64,000 bases of DNA from an uncultured Acidimicrobiales bacterium (GCA_905479685.1 CAJQNJ010000086.1:3921-67920); one strand, 5' to 3'. Positions 36,738 to 45,835 are shown, numbered from the stretch's first letter. Numbers and translations: made by a program. Notes: generated from the sequence alone by a model not told the origin.

Positions 36738-37294
36738 AGACGCAACTGCACGGCGCACGCCGCAGTATCCGATCCACCACCCTCGGGCGACGTCTGGTCA
36801 GAGTAACCGCCGGTGGGTTGCTGCTGATCCTCTGCGTTCTCGGGGGTCGGATGGCGGCGTCGAAGATGATCGTCGTCGCTGGGCCCAGCATGGAACCCAC
36901 CATGCACACCGGCGACATGGTGTTCGTATGGCCGCAATCGCGTTACGAGGTTGGCGAGGCCCTGGTCTACCGCGTTCCAGAGGATGCTCCGGGCGCCGGC
37001 GCGCTTGTCATCCACCGCCTGGTCGGTTTCCAAGGAGAAGAGATGATCCTTCGAGGCGACAACAACGAAGAGGTAGACCCATGGACACCCACTGCTGACG
37101 ACATCGTCGGCAAGCAACGCATTCTGGTACCGAGACTTGGACTGCTCGCAATGCTCTTGCGCCAGCCAGCAGTGCTGGCTTCACTGGTGGCTGGAATTGT
37201 CTCGGCATCGGTCGTGCTACGAACGGACAAGGAAGCCGACGGACCAGGTACAGCTAGGACCCGTGTATCAGGCCCCGCCAGCAACACCGAGTAG
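36734..37294 (+). CDS. sipW: signal peptidase I, SipW / archaeal-ER type (S26B)
   Basis: ATG 36734 overlaps the upstream stop (ATGA). An N-terminal TM is followed by the Ser box GPSMEPTMHTGD, a His box LVIHRLVG (His rather than the Lys of LepB-type enzymes), and GDNNEEVDPW. A C-terminal TM is present. Confidence 0.8.
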   Translation: MKTQLHGARRSIRSTTLGRRLVRVTAGGLLLILCVLGGRMAASKMIVVAGPSMEPTMHTGDMVFVWPQSRYEVGEALVYRVPEDAPGAGALVIHRLVGFQGEEMILRGDNNEEVDPWTPTADDIVGKQRILVPRLGLLAMLLRQPAVLASLVAGIVSASVVLRTDKEADGPGTARTRVSGPASNTE

Positions 37295-38092
37295 GCGAGA
37301 CCGCGTGACCGACCGAACTCCTCGGCTCAGGCTGAACAGCGCAATCACCCATGCCACGCCACCAAGAGCAATCGGCACCCATCCAGCGCCAAGCAGGACT
37401 CCAGTGGCTTGACCGTAGGCGATCATGATGAGCGGAAGACTGATGAGACCCGAGGCCTGCTGGGCGGCTGCGGTCGATTGCACCTTGGCCGAAAGACGAA
37501 GAACCAGGCTCAAGCAAATCGCAAGGAAGGGTGGCAAGACCCACAGAATCATCACCCACCACTGCGCGGTCGGGAAGAACCATCCACCGACTTCGGGGCC
37601 GACCGTGAGGTTCACCACAATCGAGTACAGCCCGAAGCCCACTGCAGTGGTGACGTAGCCAGGAATCAGACTGGCGAGCAACTTTCCGATGTAGATCTCG
37701 CGGACGCCGGCGGGAGAGTTCGCCAGGAACTCGCCTGTGCCCTTCTCACGCTCGCCCACGATCGTTGCTGCACCGACTGCCGTCGAGATCGTCAGAGGCA
37801 CCACAACGGCCACTGGGGCAAACAAGAAGACAGCGAGTGCGTATCCTGTGCGACCTTCTGGTGAGGTTCCCTGCAGCTGCTCTTGCGTCTCGATCGGGAG
37901 CACGTCGAGCGTCTCGGAAATCTCGCTCACCATGCGGACCGAACCAATCTGGGTGATCAGCGTCAACAGGATCGTTGGCAGCACGACAAAGAAAAGTGCT
38001 CCGAGGATGACCATCGGCCCCCAGAAATCGCGGGCCTGCATCAGTTGCTTGAGATCGGTGCGTGTGACGGTGAGTGTGCGTGACCAGTTCAT
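37268..38092 (-). CDS. ABC-2 type transporter permease
   Basis: 274 aa with six hydrophobic segments, immediately downstream of the ABC ATPase. Its 3' end overlaps the convergent sipW by 27 nt. Confidence 0.7.
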   Translation of the reverse strand: MNWSRTLTVTRTDLKQLMQARDFWGPMVILGALFFVVLPTILLTLITQIGSVRMVSEISETLDVLPIETQEQLQGTSPEGRTGYALAVFLFAPVAVVVPLTISTAVGAATIVGEREKGTGEFLANSPAGVREIYIGKLLASLIPGYVTTAVGFGLYSIVVNLTVGPEVGGWFFPTAQWWVMILWVLPPFLAICLSLVLRLSAKVQSTAAAQQASGLISLPLIMIAYGQATGVLLGAGWVPIALGGVAWVIALFSLSRGVRSVTRSRLLGVAGGA

Positions 38093-38146
38093 TGTGTGTC
38101 TCCGGAAGTACGTGAAAGCGTCAAAATCGTGTTGAGGCGAAGATGC

Positions 38147-39157
38147 CTAGGCCGCGGTAGGGAGATCGGTCCGAACGGGACGCCCGGTCGATCCGCCAGG
38201 TGGTGCGATCTCACCGTCCACAGATCCGTGATCTCGTCGGATTGCGAAGTACAGGTCTTCGAGCGACGGCATGAACGGCACAACGCTTTGAAGAGGAACG
38301 TTGTGTGCAGCCAGAAGCGCAACGACACCAGGGACGACCGACAGATCAGCGACCTCGAGTGATGCGGTGTCGCCCGACCGGTCATAGGAGATCACGGCCT
38401 GGTGGTTCGCCAAGATGTCCAAGCCCTCGGGGATACTGGAGGACACTTTGAGCTGCTGGGTCGGCCAGTACCGGCGGGAGAGTTCGTCAGGTCGGCCCGA
38501 CATGAGGTTCGTTCCCGCCTGCATGACGACGATCTCATCAGCGAGGCCTTCTGCCTCGAGGAGCAGGTGTGTACACATGAGCACCGTCTGACCGCCGCTC
38601 GTCATGTCCCGAATGAGGTCGAGGACAGCGAGAGCAGATTCGGGATCAAGGCCCGATGTCGGCTCGTCGAGCAAGAGAAGGTCTGGCTTGTGCAGGATCG
38701 ACCGGGCCAGGGCGAGACGTGTCTTCATGCCAGTCGAATAGCCGCCCACCTGCTGATCGAGGGCTTCATCGATTCCGAACATGTCTGCGGCTTCGTAGAT
38801 GACCGAATCGGCCTTTTTGCCTCGACCAACGCCATACAACTCGGCGGCGTACCGAAGGTTGTCCCAACCGTTCAAACGGTCATACAGCGACGGCTTTGCC
38901 GAGACCACTCCACATCGGCGACGCACTTCCTCACCGTCAACCCCGGCCGGGTCGAGGCCGAAGACCCTCGACGTTCCAGAGTTCGGGGCCAGAGCGCCGG
39001 TGATCATGCGAATCGCAGTGGTCTTCCCGGCCCCGTTGGGGCCGAGCAACACTGTGATTGCGCCTTTGGGTATGGCCAAATCCAGTTCGCTCAGCGCCGT
39101 GATGGCGCCGAAGCGGCGAGTGACCTGTTGAACGGCAACCGTCAGTTCTTGATCCAC
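38147..39157 (-). CDS. ABC transporter ATP-binding protein
   Basis: Starts at GTG. Walker A is GPNGAGKTT, the signature is YSTGMKTRLALA, and Walker B is LLLLDEPTSGLD. An extra ~100-aa C-terminal domain follows. Confidence 0.9.
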   Translation of the reverse strand: MDQELTVAVQQVTRRFGAITALSELDLAIPKGAITVLLGPNGAGKTTAIRMITGALAPNSGTSRVFGLDPAGVDGEEVRRRCGVVSAKPSLYDRLNGWDNLRYAAELYGVGRGKKADSVIYEAADMFGIDEALDQQVGGYSTGMKTRLALARSILHKPDLLLLDEPTSGLDPESALAVLDLIRDMTSGGQTVLMCTHLLLEAEGLADEIVVMQAGTNLMSGRPDELSRRYWPTQQLKVSSSIPEGLDILANHQAVISYDRSGDTASLEVADLSVVPGVVALLAAHNVPLQSVVPFMPSLEDLYFAIRRDHGSVDGEIAPPGGSTGRPVRTDLPTAA

Positions 39158-39211
39158 ATGGGCCTATCGGCACAGTGAAGTTCGTGCTGAAGAGCAACCG
39201 GGTGAATCTTG

Positions 39212-40078
39212 TCAGTACCCGAGACCCTCGAGGATCGAGGTCTCTGTCTGCCAATTCTTGGCCACCTTGACCACGAGTTCGAGGTAGGTCCCTTCGCGAA
39301 GTTGCGATCGTGCTCCGATCCCGACCTGTTTGATCACGGCACCCTTCTTCCCGATGACGATTCCCTTCTGGGAATCGCGCTCGACCAGGATCTCGCACCG
39401 GATATGGGGCCATTCCAGCTCGGTCACGCGGGTAGCGATGGAGTGCGGGATCTCTTCGCGTAGGACAGCCAGCAACTGCTCCCGAACGAGCTCGGCAACC
39501 CAGAACGCGTCAGCGGCGTCGCTCACCATTTCTTCGGGGTAGTACGGAGGCCCTTCGGGCATACGTGCCGCCAAGTGATCGATGAGTGCCTCGACTCCTT
39601 CTCCGGTGTATGACGACACGGGGAAGTAGGCCTCGTACTCGAACCCGGCCGCTTCCTCCAGCTGAGCCAAGATCTGCTCTGGCTTGGCAATGTCGGTCTT
39701 GTTCACCACGAGGATCGAGTTCTTCGGGCAGCGCTCGGCCACCCAGCGGTCACCCGGACCGATCGGCTGGGTGGCGTCGATCAACATGCAGACAGCATCG
39801 ACATCACCGATGGTCGACTCGGCAGAGTCGTTCAGACGTTTGCCGAGTGGACCACGAGGTTTGTGAATGCCCGGGGTATCGACGAACACCAACTGGTACC
39901 CGGGCCGGTGCAGCACGCCGCGTACCTGACTTCTCGTCGTTTGGGGCTTGTCGGAGACGATCGAGACCTTCTCGCCCAAGATCTTGTTCAGCAACGTCGA
40001 CTTGCCGACGTTGGGTCGACCGACGAGGGTCACGAAGCCTGAACGAAAACCTCCGTAGTCCGGTGTCTCATCACTCAT
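39212..40078 (-). CDS. era: GTPase Era
   Basis: Start at ATG 40078. G1 is GRPNVGKSTLLN, G3 is DTPG, G4 is NKTD, and a C-terminal KH domain is present (IVIGKKGAVIKQVG). Confidence 0.95.
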   Translation of the reverse strand: MSDETPDYGGFRSGFVTLVGRPNVGKSTLLNKILGEKVSIVSDKPQTTRSQVRGVLHRPGYQLVFVDTPGIHKPRGPLGKRLNDSAESTIGDVDAVCMLIDATQPIGPGDRWVAERCPKNSILVVNKTDIAKPEQILAQLEEAAGFEYEAYFPVSSYTGEGVEALIDHLAARMPEGPPYYPEEMVSDAADAFWVAELVREQLLAVLREEIPHSIATRVTELEWPHIRCEILVERDSQKGIVIGKKGAVIKQVGIGARSQLREGTYLELVVKVAKNWQTETSILEGLGY

Positions 40079-41378
40079 TGTGAGCCAGCTCGCGAGCCTC
40101 ATCGTCGTTGGGAATCTCGGGAGCGCGAACCACGCGGACTCGCGTGATGCGTCGCCCTTCGACCGCCTCGACGGTCATGAGAAATCCAGAGGTCGTTACA
40201 AACTCGCCAATCGCGGGTACGCGTCCCAGGGCGTCAAATATCAGACCTCCGACGGTGTCCCAATCGTCGTCGGGAAGGTCCGCTCCGATCAGCGCGTTGC
40301 ATTCGTCGATCGGGATGCGCCCATGAACGCGCCATTCCCCTCCGATGAGTGGTTCGAGAAGCGGTTCCTCCTCGGCATCGAACTCGTCGATGATCTCGCC
40401 CAGGAATTCTTCGATGAGGTCTTCCATCGTCACGATTCCGGCCATACCCCCGTACTCGTCGATGATCACCACCATCGTGCTCCGAATGCCTTTGATTTCG
40501 CGGAGAAGTTCGGCAGCACGTTTTGTCTCTGGCACGAACATTGGCTTGCGTTGGGCGATCGAAACGAAATGGCTGCCGCGGCCTCGTTGCATCCGAGCGA
40601 ACAGATCTTTGATGTGGACGATCCCGCGGATGTCATCGATGTCATCGCCGTAGATCGGCATGCGAGACACACCGCGCTCGACCATGAGCCTGATGGCTTC
40701 ATCGACTGTCGAGTCGGCCGACGCGGCAAGAACGTCGGGACGCGGGACCATCACTTCGCGCACGATGGTGTCGCCGAAATCCACGATCGATTGGATGATT
40801 CTGCCCTCGTCGACGTCGAGCACCTGTGCGGCCACGGCCGCGTCGGTGATCGCGACGATTTCCTCCTCAGACGCGACCGCGCCAGAACTTCGCGCGGTTC
40901 GGCTCAGAACGATGGACCCGAGCCGTCCCAAGATCGTGATCATCCACCGCAACGGTGGAATTGCCATGAAGCCCCGACTGACCGACGCCGCGGATGGTGC
41001 GACGCGGTCGATGTTTCGGAGAGCCCATGTCTTTGGAGCCGATTCGGCGAAGACAAACATGCACACCAGCAACAAGAACAACCCGAGCGGCACCCATGCA
41101 CCTCCCCAGCGGCGTTCGAGCACCACGGCAACGATGGCTCCGAGTGACAGTTGTGCACCTAGCGAGAGGAAGAGGATTGGCGCGAGCGTTCGACGCCGGT
41201 CGGCCAGGGAAACCACCAAGCGATCGGCTCCTCGGACGCCATCTTCCTCGAGTGCCTCGGCGCGGGACGTGCTCATGCCGTTGAGCGCGGATTCGGCGGC
41301 TGACAATCCGACGAGAAGCACCACAAGAACGAGACCCACGATGCCCGCGACCAGATCGCTCACGGTTTTTCCCTCCAT
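40071..41378 (-). CDS. hemolysin-family / CNNM protein (DUF21 membrane domain, CBS pair, CorC_HlyC)
   Basis: 435 aa. The N-terminal 4-TM DUF21 domain is followed by tandem CBS domains and a C-terminal transporter-associated domain. Conserved position between ybeY and era. Confidence 0.88.
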   Translation of the reverse strand: MEGKTVSDLVAGIVGLVLVVLLVGLSAAESALNGMSTSRAEALEEDGVRGADRLVVSLADRRRTLAPILFLSLGAQLSLGAIVAVVLERRWGGAWVPLGLFLLLVCMFVFAESAPKTWALRNIDRVAPSAASVSRGFMAIPPLRWMITILGRLGSIVLSRTARSSGAVASEEEIVAITDAAVAAQVLDVDEGRIIQSIVDFGDTIVREVMVPRPDVLAASADSTVDEAIRLMVERGVSRMPIYGDDIDDIRGIVHIKDLFARMQRGRGSHFVSIAQRKPMFVPETKRAAELLREIKGIRSTMVVIIDEYGGMAGIVTMEDLIEEFLGEIIDEFDAEEEPLLEPLIGGEWRVHGRIPIDECNALIGADLPDDDWDTVGGLIFDALGRVPAIGEFVTTSGFLMTVEAVEGRRITRVRVVRAPEIPNDDEARELAHNE

Positions 41379-41809
41379 GAGGAGAGGTGTCGTTGCTCGG
41401 CCACTTTCATCTCGGCGGCTTCGTCTGCTTCTTGGTGATCCATCCCCAAGATGTGAAGTACTCCATGAACCACCATCAACGCCATCTCGTCGTCGGTCTC
41501 CCCTTGAGCCTGCGCTGCCACGATCGTAGGACAGATCACGATGTCGCCTAGCAACCGGGGCTGAGACTCGAACACTTCATTGGTGTCGTCGTCGAGCGGG
41601 AAGGACAACACATCGGTCGGACCGGTACCGCCCATGTGTTCGATGTTGAGCTCGGTCATCTCGTCAACGCCGATGAAGGTCAGATTCAGCTCACACGGAC
41701 CAGCGACACGTTCAGCCGTGAGCACATCTCGTACGAGGTCACCCCATCGTTCGGTGTCGATTGGTAGGACGTCTTGGTCGTCGATTGAGACGACCATCAG
41801 TTCGCTCAA
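41360..41809 (-). CDS. ybeY: rRNA maturation endoribonuclease YbeY
   Basis: 149 aa with the metal-binding motif HGVLHILGMDH. TTG 41809 overlaps the phoH stop (TTGA); ATG 41797 is an alternative start. Confidence 0.92.
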   Translation of the reverse strand: MSELMVVSIDDQDVLPIDTERWGDLVRDVLTAERVAGPCELNLTFIGVDEMTELNIEHMGGTGPTDVLSFPLDDDTNEVFESQPRLLGDIVICPTIVAAQAQGETDDEMALMVVHGVLHILGMDHQEADEAAEMKVAEQRHLSSWREKP

Positions 41810-42837
41810 CGAGAACCACCCGATGTATCGGCGGTCTCGTAGGCATCGACGATCGCCTGCACGATCGAGTGTCGAACAACATCGCGGCTGCTGAGCCGGA
41901 TGAACTCGAGTCCTTCGATGTCGCCGAGAATTGGCTCGAGTCCGAGCAGTCCACTCCGACCGCCCTGCACGTCGACCTGCGAGACGTCACCGGTCACCAC
42001 AACTCTCGAACCGAACCCGATGCGCGTGAGAAACATCTTCATCTGTTCGGGACTCGTGTTCTGTGCCTCATCCAAGATGATGAAACTGTTGTTCAACGTC
42101 CGACCGCGCATGAAGGCCAAAGGAGCGACTTCGACGGTGCCGCGCTCGATCAGGCGTTGCACACCCTCGCTGTCGGTCATGTCGTAGAGGGCGTCATAGA
42201 GCGGCCGCAAGTACGGATCGACTTTCTGCATCATGTCGCCGGGGAGAAAGCCGAGTCGTTCTCCTGCTTCCACAGCGGGCCTTGTCAGGATGATGCGTTC
42301 GACGGTGCCGGCCTGCAATGCCTGGAGACCCATGGCGACCGCAAGCCAGCTCTTTCCGGTTCCGGCCGGGCCAATTCCGATCGTGATCACGTTGCGAGCA
42401 ATCGCCTCGAGATACCTCTGCTGTCCTGCTGACTTCGGGCGAATCGACTTTCCGGAGCCGGTCCGGAGCACGGTCGAGTTGAAGACCTCCGATGGTCGCT
42501 CGTTTGCCTCGACGAGGTCGACGGCGCGCGTGACGGTTCGGCCGTCGAGAGACTGGCCGGATTCGAGCATCAGTACGAGCTCCTCGACGACCTTGCCTGC
42601 TTCTTCAGCAGCCTGGCCGCTGATCGTGACCTGATTTCCGCGGACGTGCAGTGCTGTTTGGGGGAAACGATCCTCAACGATGCGTAGGTATTCGTCTCGT
42701 TCGCCGAGCAACCCGGTCATGAGGTGGTTACCGGCGACGTGGATCGTGACAGTTTGTTCAGGCAAGTTTTGGCTCGATTTGTGGGCGTTTATGGAATCCA
42801 AGCGTACCAATAGTGCAACGGGCCCATTGTTAGGCAT
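41806..42837 (-). CDS. phoH: PhoH-family ATPase
   Basis: ORF 41806..43254 is trimmed to ATG 42837. Walker A is GPAGTGKSWLA and Walker B is IILDEAQN. Conserved phoH-ybeY linkage. Confidence 0.9.
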   Translation of the reverse strand: MPNNGPVALLVRLDSINAHKSSQNLPEQTVTIHVAGNHLMTGLLGERDEYLRIVEDRFPQTALHVRGNQVTISGQAAEEAGKVVEELVLMLESGQSLDGRTVTRAVDLVEANERPSEVFNSTVLRTGSGKSIRPKSAGQQRYLEAIARNVITIGIGPAGTGKSWLAVAMGLQALQAGTVERIILTRPAVEAGERLGFLPGDMMQKVDPYLRPLYDALYDMTDSEGVQRLIERGTVEVAPLAFMRGRTLNNSFIILDEAQNTSPEQMKMFLTRIGFGSRVVVTGDVSQVDVQGGRSGLLGLEPILGDIEGLEFIRLSSRDVVRHSIVQAIVDAYETADTSGGSR

Positions 42838-42896
42838 CAGATGCCGTACAACCATCGTGTTGGGAGCCCAAAACACGAGGAAGGCGCGAGGCGGAC

Positions 42897-43442
42897 ATGG
42901 CCCACCAACCAGCAAGCTTTGACGACGAACTCGAGCGGCTCGCAGATGATGCGCGGCGAGCAGAGGCCAGGCGTGCACGTCTGCAACGTTCCGACCGAGC
43001 CATCGCTGCGGGCCTGAGTGCAACGCTCTTCGGAACACTGACCGAGCTGTGCGAGATGCAGAGCCCGGTGTTGGTGATGACACGATCGGGCGACCACATT
43101 CGAGGCGCGATCGAGCTGCTCGGACCCGACGTCGTCGTCGTGCGCGGTGGGCGTGCAACTCGTGTGCTCGTGCGACTGTCTGCGATAGAAGCCATCCGTG
43201 AACCGGGGGTCGGTCACGACCGAGAGCTGGACTCGATCTCGACGGGCAAGACACTTGGCGACCATTTGGACGAGATGAGTGTCGACAAGCAACGTCTCGC
43301 CATCACACTTGCGAGCGGAAACCGTGTCATGGGGGCGGTGACGCGTGTTGGAATCGACCAGGTGACGCTCCATCTCGATGGCGAGGATGACTCACTGACG
43401 ATCCCTCTTGTGGCCATTGACCAGGTGGTCGTCGATCGATGA
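42897..43442 (+). CDS. hypothetical protein with charged N-terminal helix and two tandem beta-rich repeats
   Basis: 181 aa starting at ATG. There is an internal duplication: SPVLVMTRSGDHIRGAIELLGPDVVVVRGG...VLVRLSAIEAI versus QRLAITLASGNRVMGAVTRVGIDQVTLHLDG...TIPLVAIDQVV. Confidence 0.5.
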   Translation: MAHQPASFDDELERLADDARRAEARRARLQRSDRAIAAGLSATLFGTLTELCEMQSPVLVMTRSGDHIRGAIELLGPDVVVVRGGRATRVLVRLSAIEAIREPGVGHDRELDSISTGKTLGDHLDEMSVDKQRLAITLASGNRVMGAVTRVGIDQVTLHLDGEDDSLTIPLVAIDQVVVDR

Positions 43443-43468
43443 ATTGCGCAGCGCCAACGGCGCACCGT

Positions 43469-43723
43469 CTACGTCTCGGAGATGTGCTCCGGGGCAACAG
43501 CCTCGGGGTACAGGTGCTCGAGCGAACCCGGTTCGATGCGGCTACTTCCGACGAAGTCATCGATCTCGGACTGCTTCAGTCGAATGACCCGGCCAAATCG
43601 ATAGGCGGGCAACTGCCCCTCATCGATCAGTCGATAGAGAGTTCGAGGCGTGAGCCCAAGAGCCGATGCCGCCTCTTTGGTGGAAAGCCAGTCGCCATCT
43701 GCATGCGCCATGCGAACGAACAT
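43469..43723 (-). CDS. excisionase/MerR-type helix-turn-helix DNA-binding protein
   Basis: 84 aa. WLSTKEAASALGLTPRTLYRLIDEGQLPAYRFGRVIRLKQSEIDDF is the typical excisionase-family HTH. Divergent from cpaB. Start is ATG 43723 or 43711. Confidence 0.7.
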   Translation of the reverse strand: MFVRMAHADGDWLSTKEAASALGLTPRTLYRLIDEGQLPAYRFGRVIRLKQSEIDDFVGSSRIEPGSLEHLYPEAVAPEHISET

Positions 43724-43767
43724 AGCACCCTTTCAGCGCCTTTGAGTCTGTCTCGAGCCGTCGAACG

Positions 43768-43790
43768 CGCGGGTCCCGATCGGACCCGCG
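43768..43790. promoter_or_regulatory. perfect 9-bp inverted repeat cgcgggtcc-N5-ggacccgcg in the HTH/cpaB divergent region
   Basis: Read directly at 43768-43776 and 43782-43790, 32 nt upstream of the cpaB ATG. Could be an operator or a 5'-UTR hairpin. Confidence 0.45.
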
Positions 43791-43821
43791 AACAAGGCAA
43801 CAACACAAGAGGAGGCGTTCG

Positions 43822-44493
43822 ATGAACGATTCGCGCCAACCGGTTCTGCGAGCAAAACGGCGCCTGCCAACCGGTCGCGCGGTGCTCGGGGGCCTCTTGG
43901 TGACCCTGGCTGTTCTCGGCGTCCTCGTCGCAAGTCGGATCGGTGAGGACGCGACGTTCCAGAACGTCGTCGTCGCCAGAGAGGACCTCACTCCGGGAAC
44001 GGTGCTCGGTCTCGAACACATCGCCCAGGTTCGGATCAGGCTGGACGAAAGTGCCGACTGGGTCATATCCGACGCCGAGGACGTTGTCGGTTCGGTTCTG
44101 CTCGGCCCCGTGGGACGCCTCGAATTCGTACAGCGATCGAACGTGGCCGAGGCACGACCGGGTGCGGTGCCAGCAGGGCTCGCCGAAGTTTCCATCGCGG
44201 TCCGGCCCGAACGTGCGCCCTCGAGTCTGACCGCCGGTGAGTTGGTTTCGGTTCTTGCCACCTTCGATGACGTCGAGCCCCCAACGACGCAACTGATCGC
44301 CGATCGCGTGGTTGTCCTCTCGTTCACCGACGGCGGCACAGACTTCTCGCAGGCCGGCGCGGTCTTGCGCCTCGGTTTGTCGGACGGCCAGATCGCGAGC
44401 GGCATCATCACGGCAGCACAAACCGGTGAAATCTCGATCATCGGGGTGACCGGTGCTGCATCGGTGCAACTCCCGGAAGAGACGACGAGATGA
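43822..44493 (+). CDS. cpaB: Flp pilus assembly protein CpaB/RcpC (SAF domain)
   Basis: 223 aa, with RBS AAGAGGAGG upstream. An N-terminal TM anchor (AVLGGLLVTLAVLGVLVA) is followed by a SAF-like segment (VVVAREDLTPGTVL) and a beta-rich C-terminal domain. First gene of the tad operon. Confidence 0.8.
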   Translation: MNDSRQPVLRAKRRLPTGRAVLGGLLVTLAVLGVLVASRIGEDATFQNVVVAREDLTPGTVLGLEHIAQVRIRLDESADWVISDAEDVVGSVLLGPVGRLEFVQRSNVAEARPGAVPAGLAEVSIAVRPERAPSSLTAGELVSVLATFDDVEPPTTQLIADRVVVLSFTDGGTDFSQAGAVLRLGLSDGQIASGIITAAQTGEISIIGVTGAASVQLPEETTR

Positions 44494-44524
44494 TGCTCTC
44501 CCCCGTTCCATCAATGGGAAACTG

Positions 44525-45835
44525 ATGGCCGTCAATGAACGGTATGTCGTCCTTGGCGTCGCGCCGGTGCGACGCGAATGGTTCCGCCGCGTCGGCCGTT
44601 GGGCGAACGACGCGACGCTCCCGGTTGAGTTCGTGAAGTGCATCTCGACGACGGAAGTGATCTCGAGACTCGAATCGGGCCGTCCCTTCTCCGCGCTTCT
44701 CGCAGATGCTTCCTCAGCAGGACTCGATCGAGATGTGATCGATCTGGCCAACGCCGTTGGTTGCAGCCCGATCATCATCGACCACGGTTTGGTCGATCGC
44801 GACTGGCTGGAGTTGGGCGCACGAGCCGTGATGCCTGAACGTTTCGACTCTGGCGACCTTCAAGGGCTACTCGAAGAACACGCGATCCCGATCGGGCGAG
44901 GTGACTCGGCTACCGCCAGCACCACGCAGGATGCGGGCAACGATGGTCGCCATGGTCGCGTGGTGACGGTCACCGGGGCCGGTGGGCTGGGTAGTTCGAC
45001 CATCGCCATGGCTCTCGCTCAAGGACTGGTCACGTTCGGTCAACGTCAACCGCTGCTGCTTGCAGACATGGCGCTGCGTTCGTCGCAGGCGATGCTGCAC
45101 GATGCGCGCGACGTCGTCCCGGGGCTGACGGAGTTGATCGAGAGCCACCGACTCGGCGTCCCGAATCCAACCGATGCTGGCGCAACGATCCACACATTCC
45201 CCGAGCGCGGGTACGACCTTCTCTTGGGCCTACGGCATGAGCGGGACTGGATCTCCATTGCACCCCGAGCCCTCTCCGCAACGTGGACGACGCTCACCAA
45301 TCGCTACGAGACAACGGTCTGCGATGTGACCGGCGACCTGGACGGAGCGTCAGAAACTGGTTCGAACGACATCGAGGACAGGAATCGTCTTGCTCGAATG
45401 GCGGTCCGTCAGGCAGACCTTGTCCTCGTGGTCGGCGCTGGTGGTGCGTGGGGGATCCACCATCTCGTCCGGACGATTCTCGCCCTGATCGATATCGGCG
45501 TCACAGCTCACCGTTTGATGCCGGTTGTGAATCATGCTCCTCGACAGCCACGAGCACGAGCTGCGATCACCGGGGCAGTTGGAGATCTCTTGCTGACCCG
45601 AGTCGCCGATGCCCACCTCGTCCCGAGCCCACTGTTCGTTCCGACACGGCGAAGCCTCGAAGCAGCCCTCCGAGACGGCGACCCGATTCCATCTGGCATC
45701 GCTAGCCCGCTGTCTGCGGCCGTCGATGCCATGCTCGAACGTCAGCAATCTCATGACGGGCCAGCGCACCGCGCTCTATCTGGTCCTCCTGCCGTCGTCC
45801 CGGGATCGGTCGGCACATGGAGCGAAACACCATGA
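44525..45835 (+). CDS. TadZ/CpaE-like (Ssd-like) ParA/MinD-superfamily protein with receiver-like N-domain and degenerate Walker A
   Basis: Start at ATG 44525. The N-terminal ~125 aa are receiver-like. The P-loop region reads VVTVTGAGGLGSSTIAMALAQ and has no Lys. Position between cpaB and tadA. Confidence 0.7.
   Translation: MAVNERYVVLGVAPVRREWFRRVGRWANDATLPVEFVKCISTTEVISRLESGRPFSALLADASSAGLDRDVIDLANAVGCSPIIIDHGLVDRDWLELGARAVMPERFDSGDLQGLLEEHAIPIGRGDSATASTTQDAGNDGRHGRVVTVTGAGGLGSSTIAMALAQGLVTFGQRQPLLLADMALRSSQAMLHDARDVVPGLTELIESHRLGVPNPTDAGATIHTFPERGYDLLLGLRHERDWISIAPRALSATWTTLTNRYETTVCDVTGDLDGASETGSNDIEDRNRLARMAVRQADLVLVVGAGGAWGIHHLVRTILALIDIGVTAHRLMPVVNHAPRQPRARAAITGAVGDLLLTRVADAHLVPSPLFVPTRRSLEAALRDGDPIPSGIASPLSAAVDAMLERQQSHDGPAHRALSGPPAVVPGSVGTWSETP

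Noticed and set aside
43620-44778. 273-aa and 383-aa minus-strand ORFs across cpaB and the tadZ-like gene.
   Set aside because: They are antisense to genes with a clear RBS, TM anchor and family patterns, and they show no recognisable domains.
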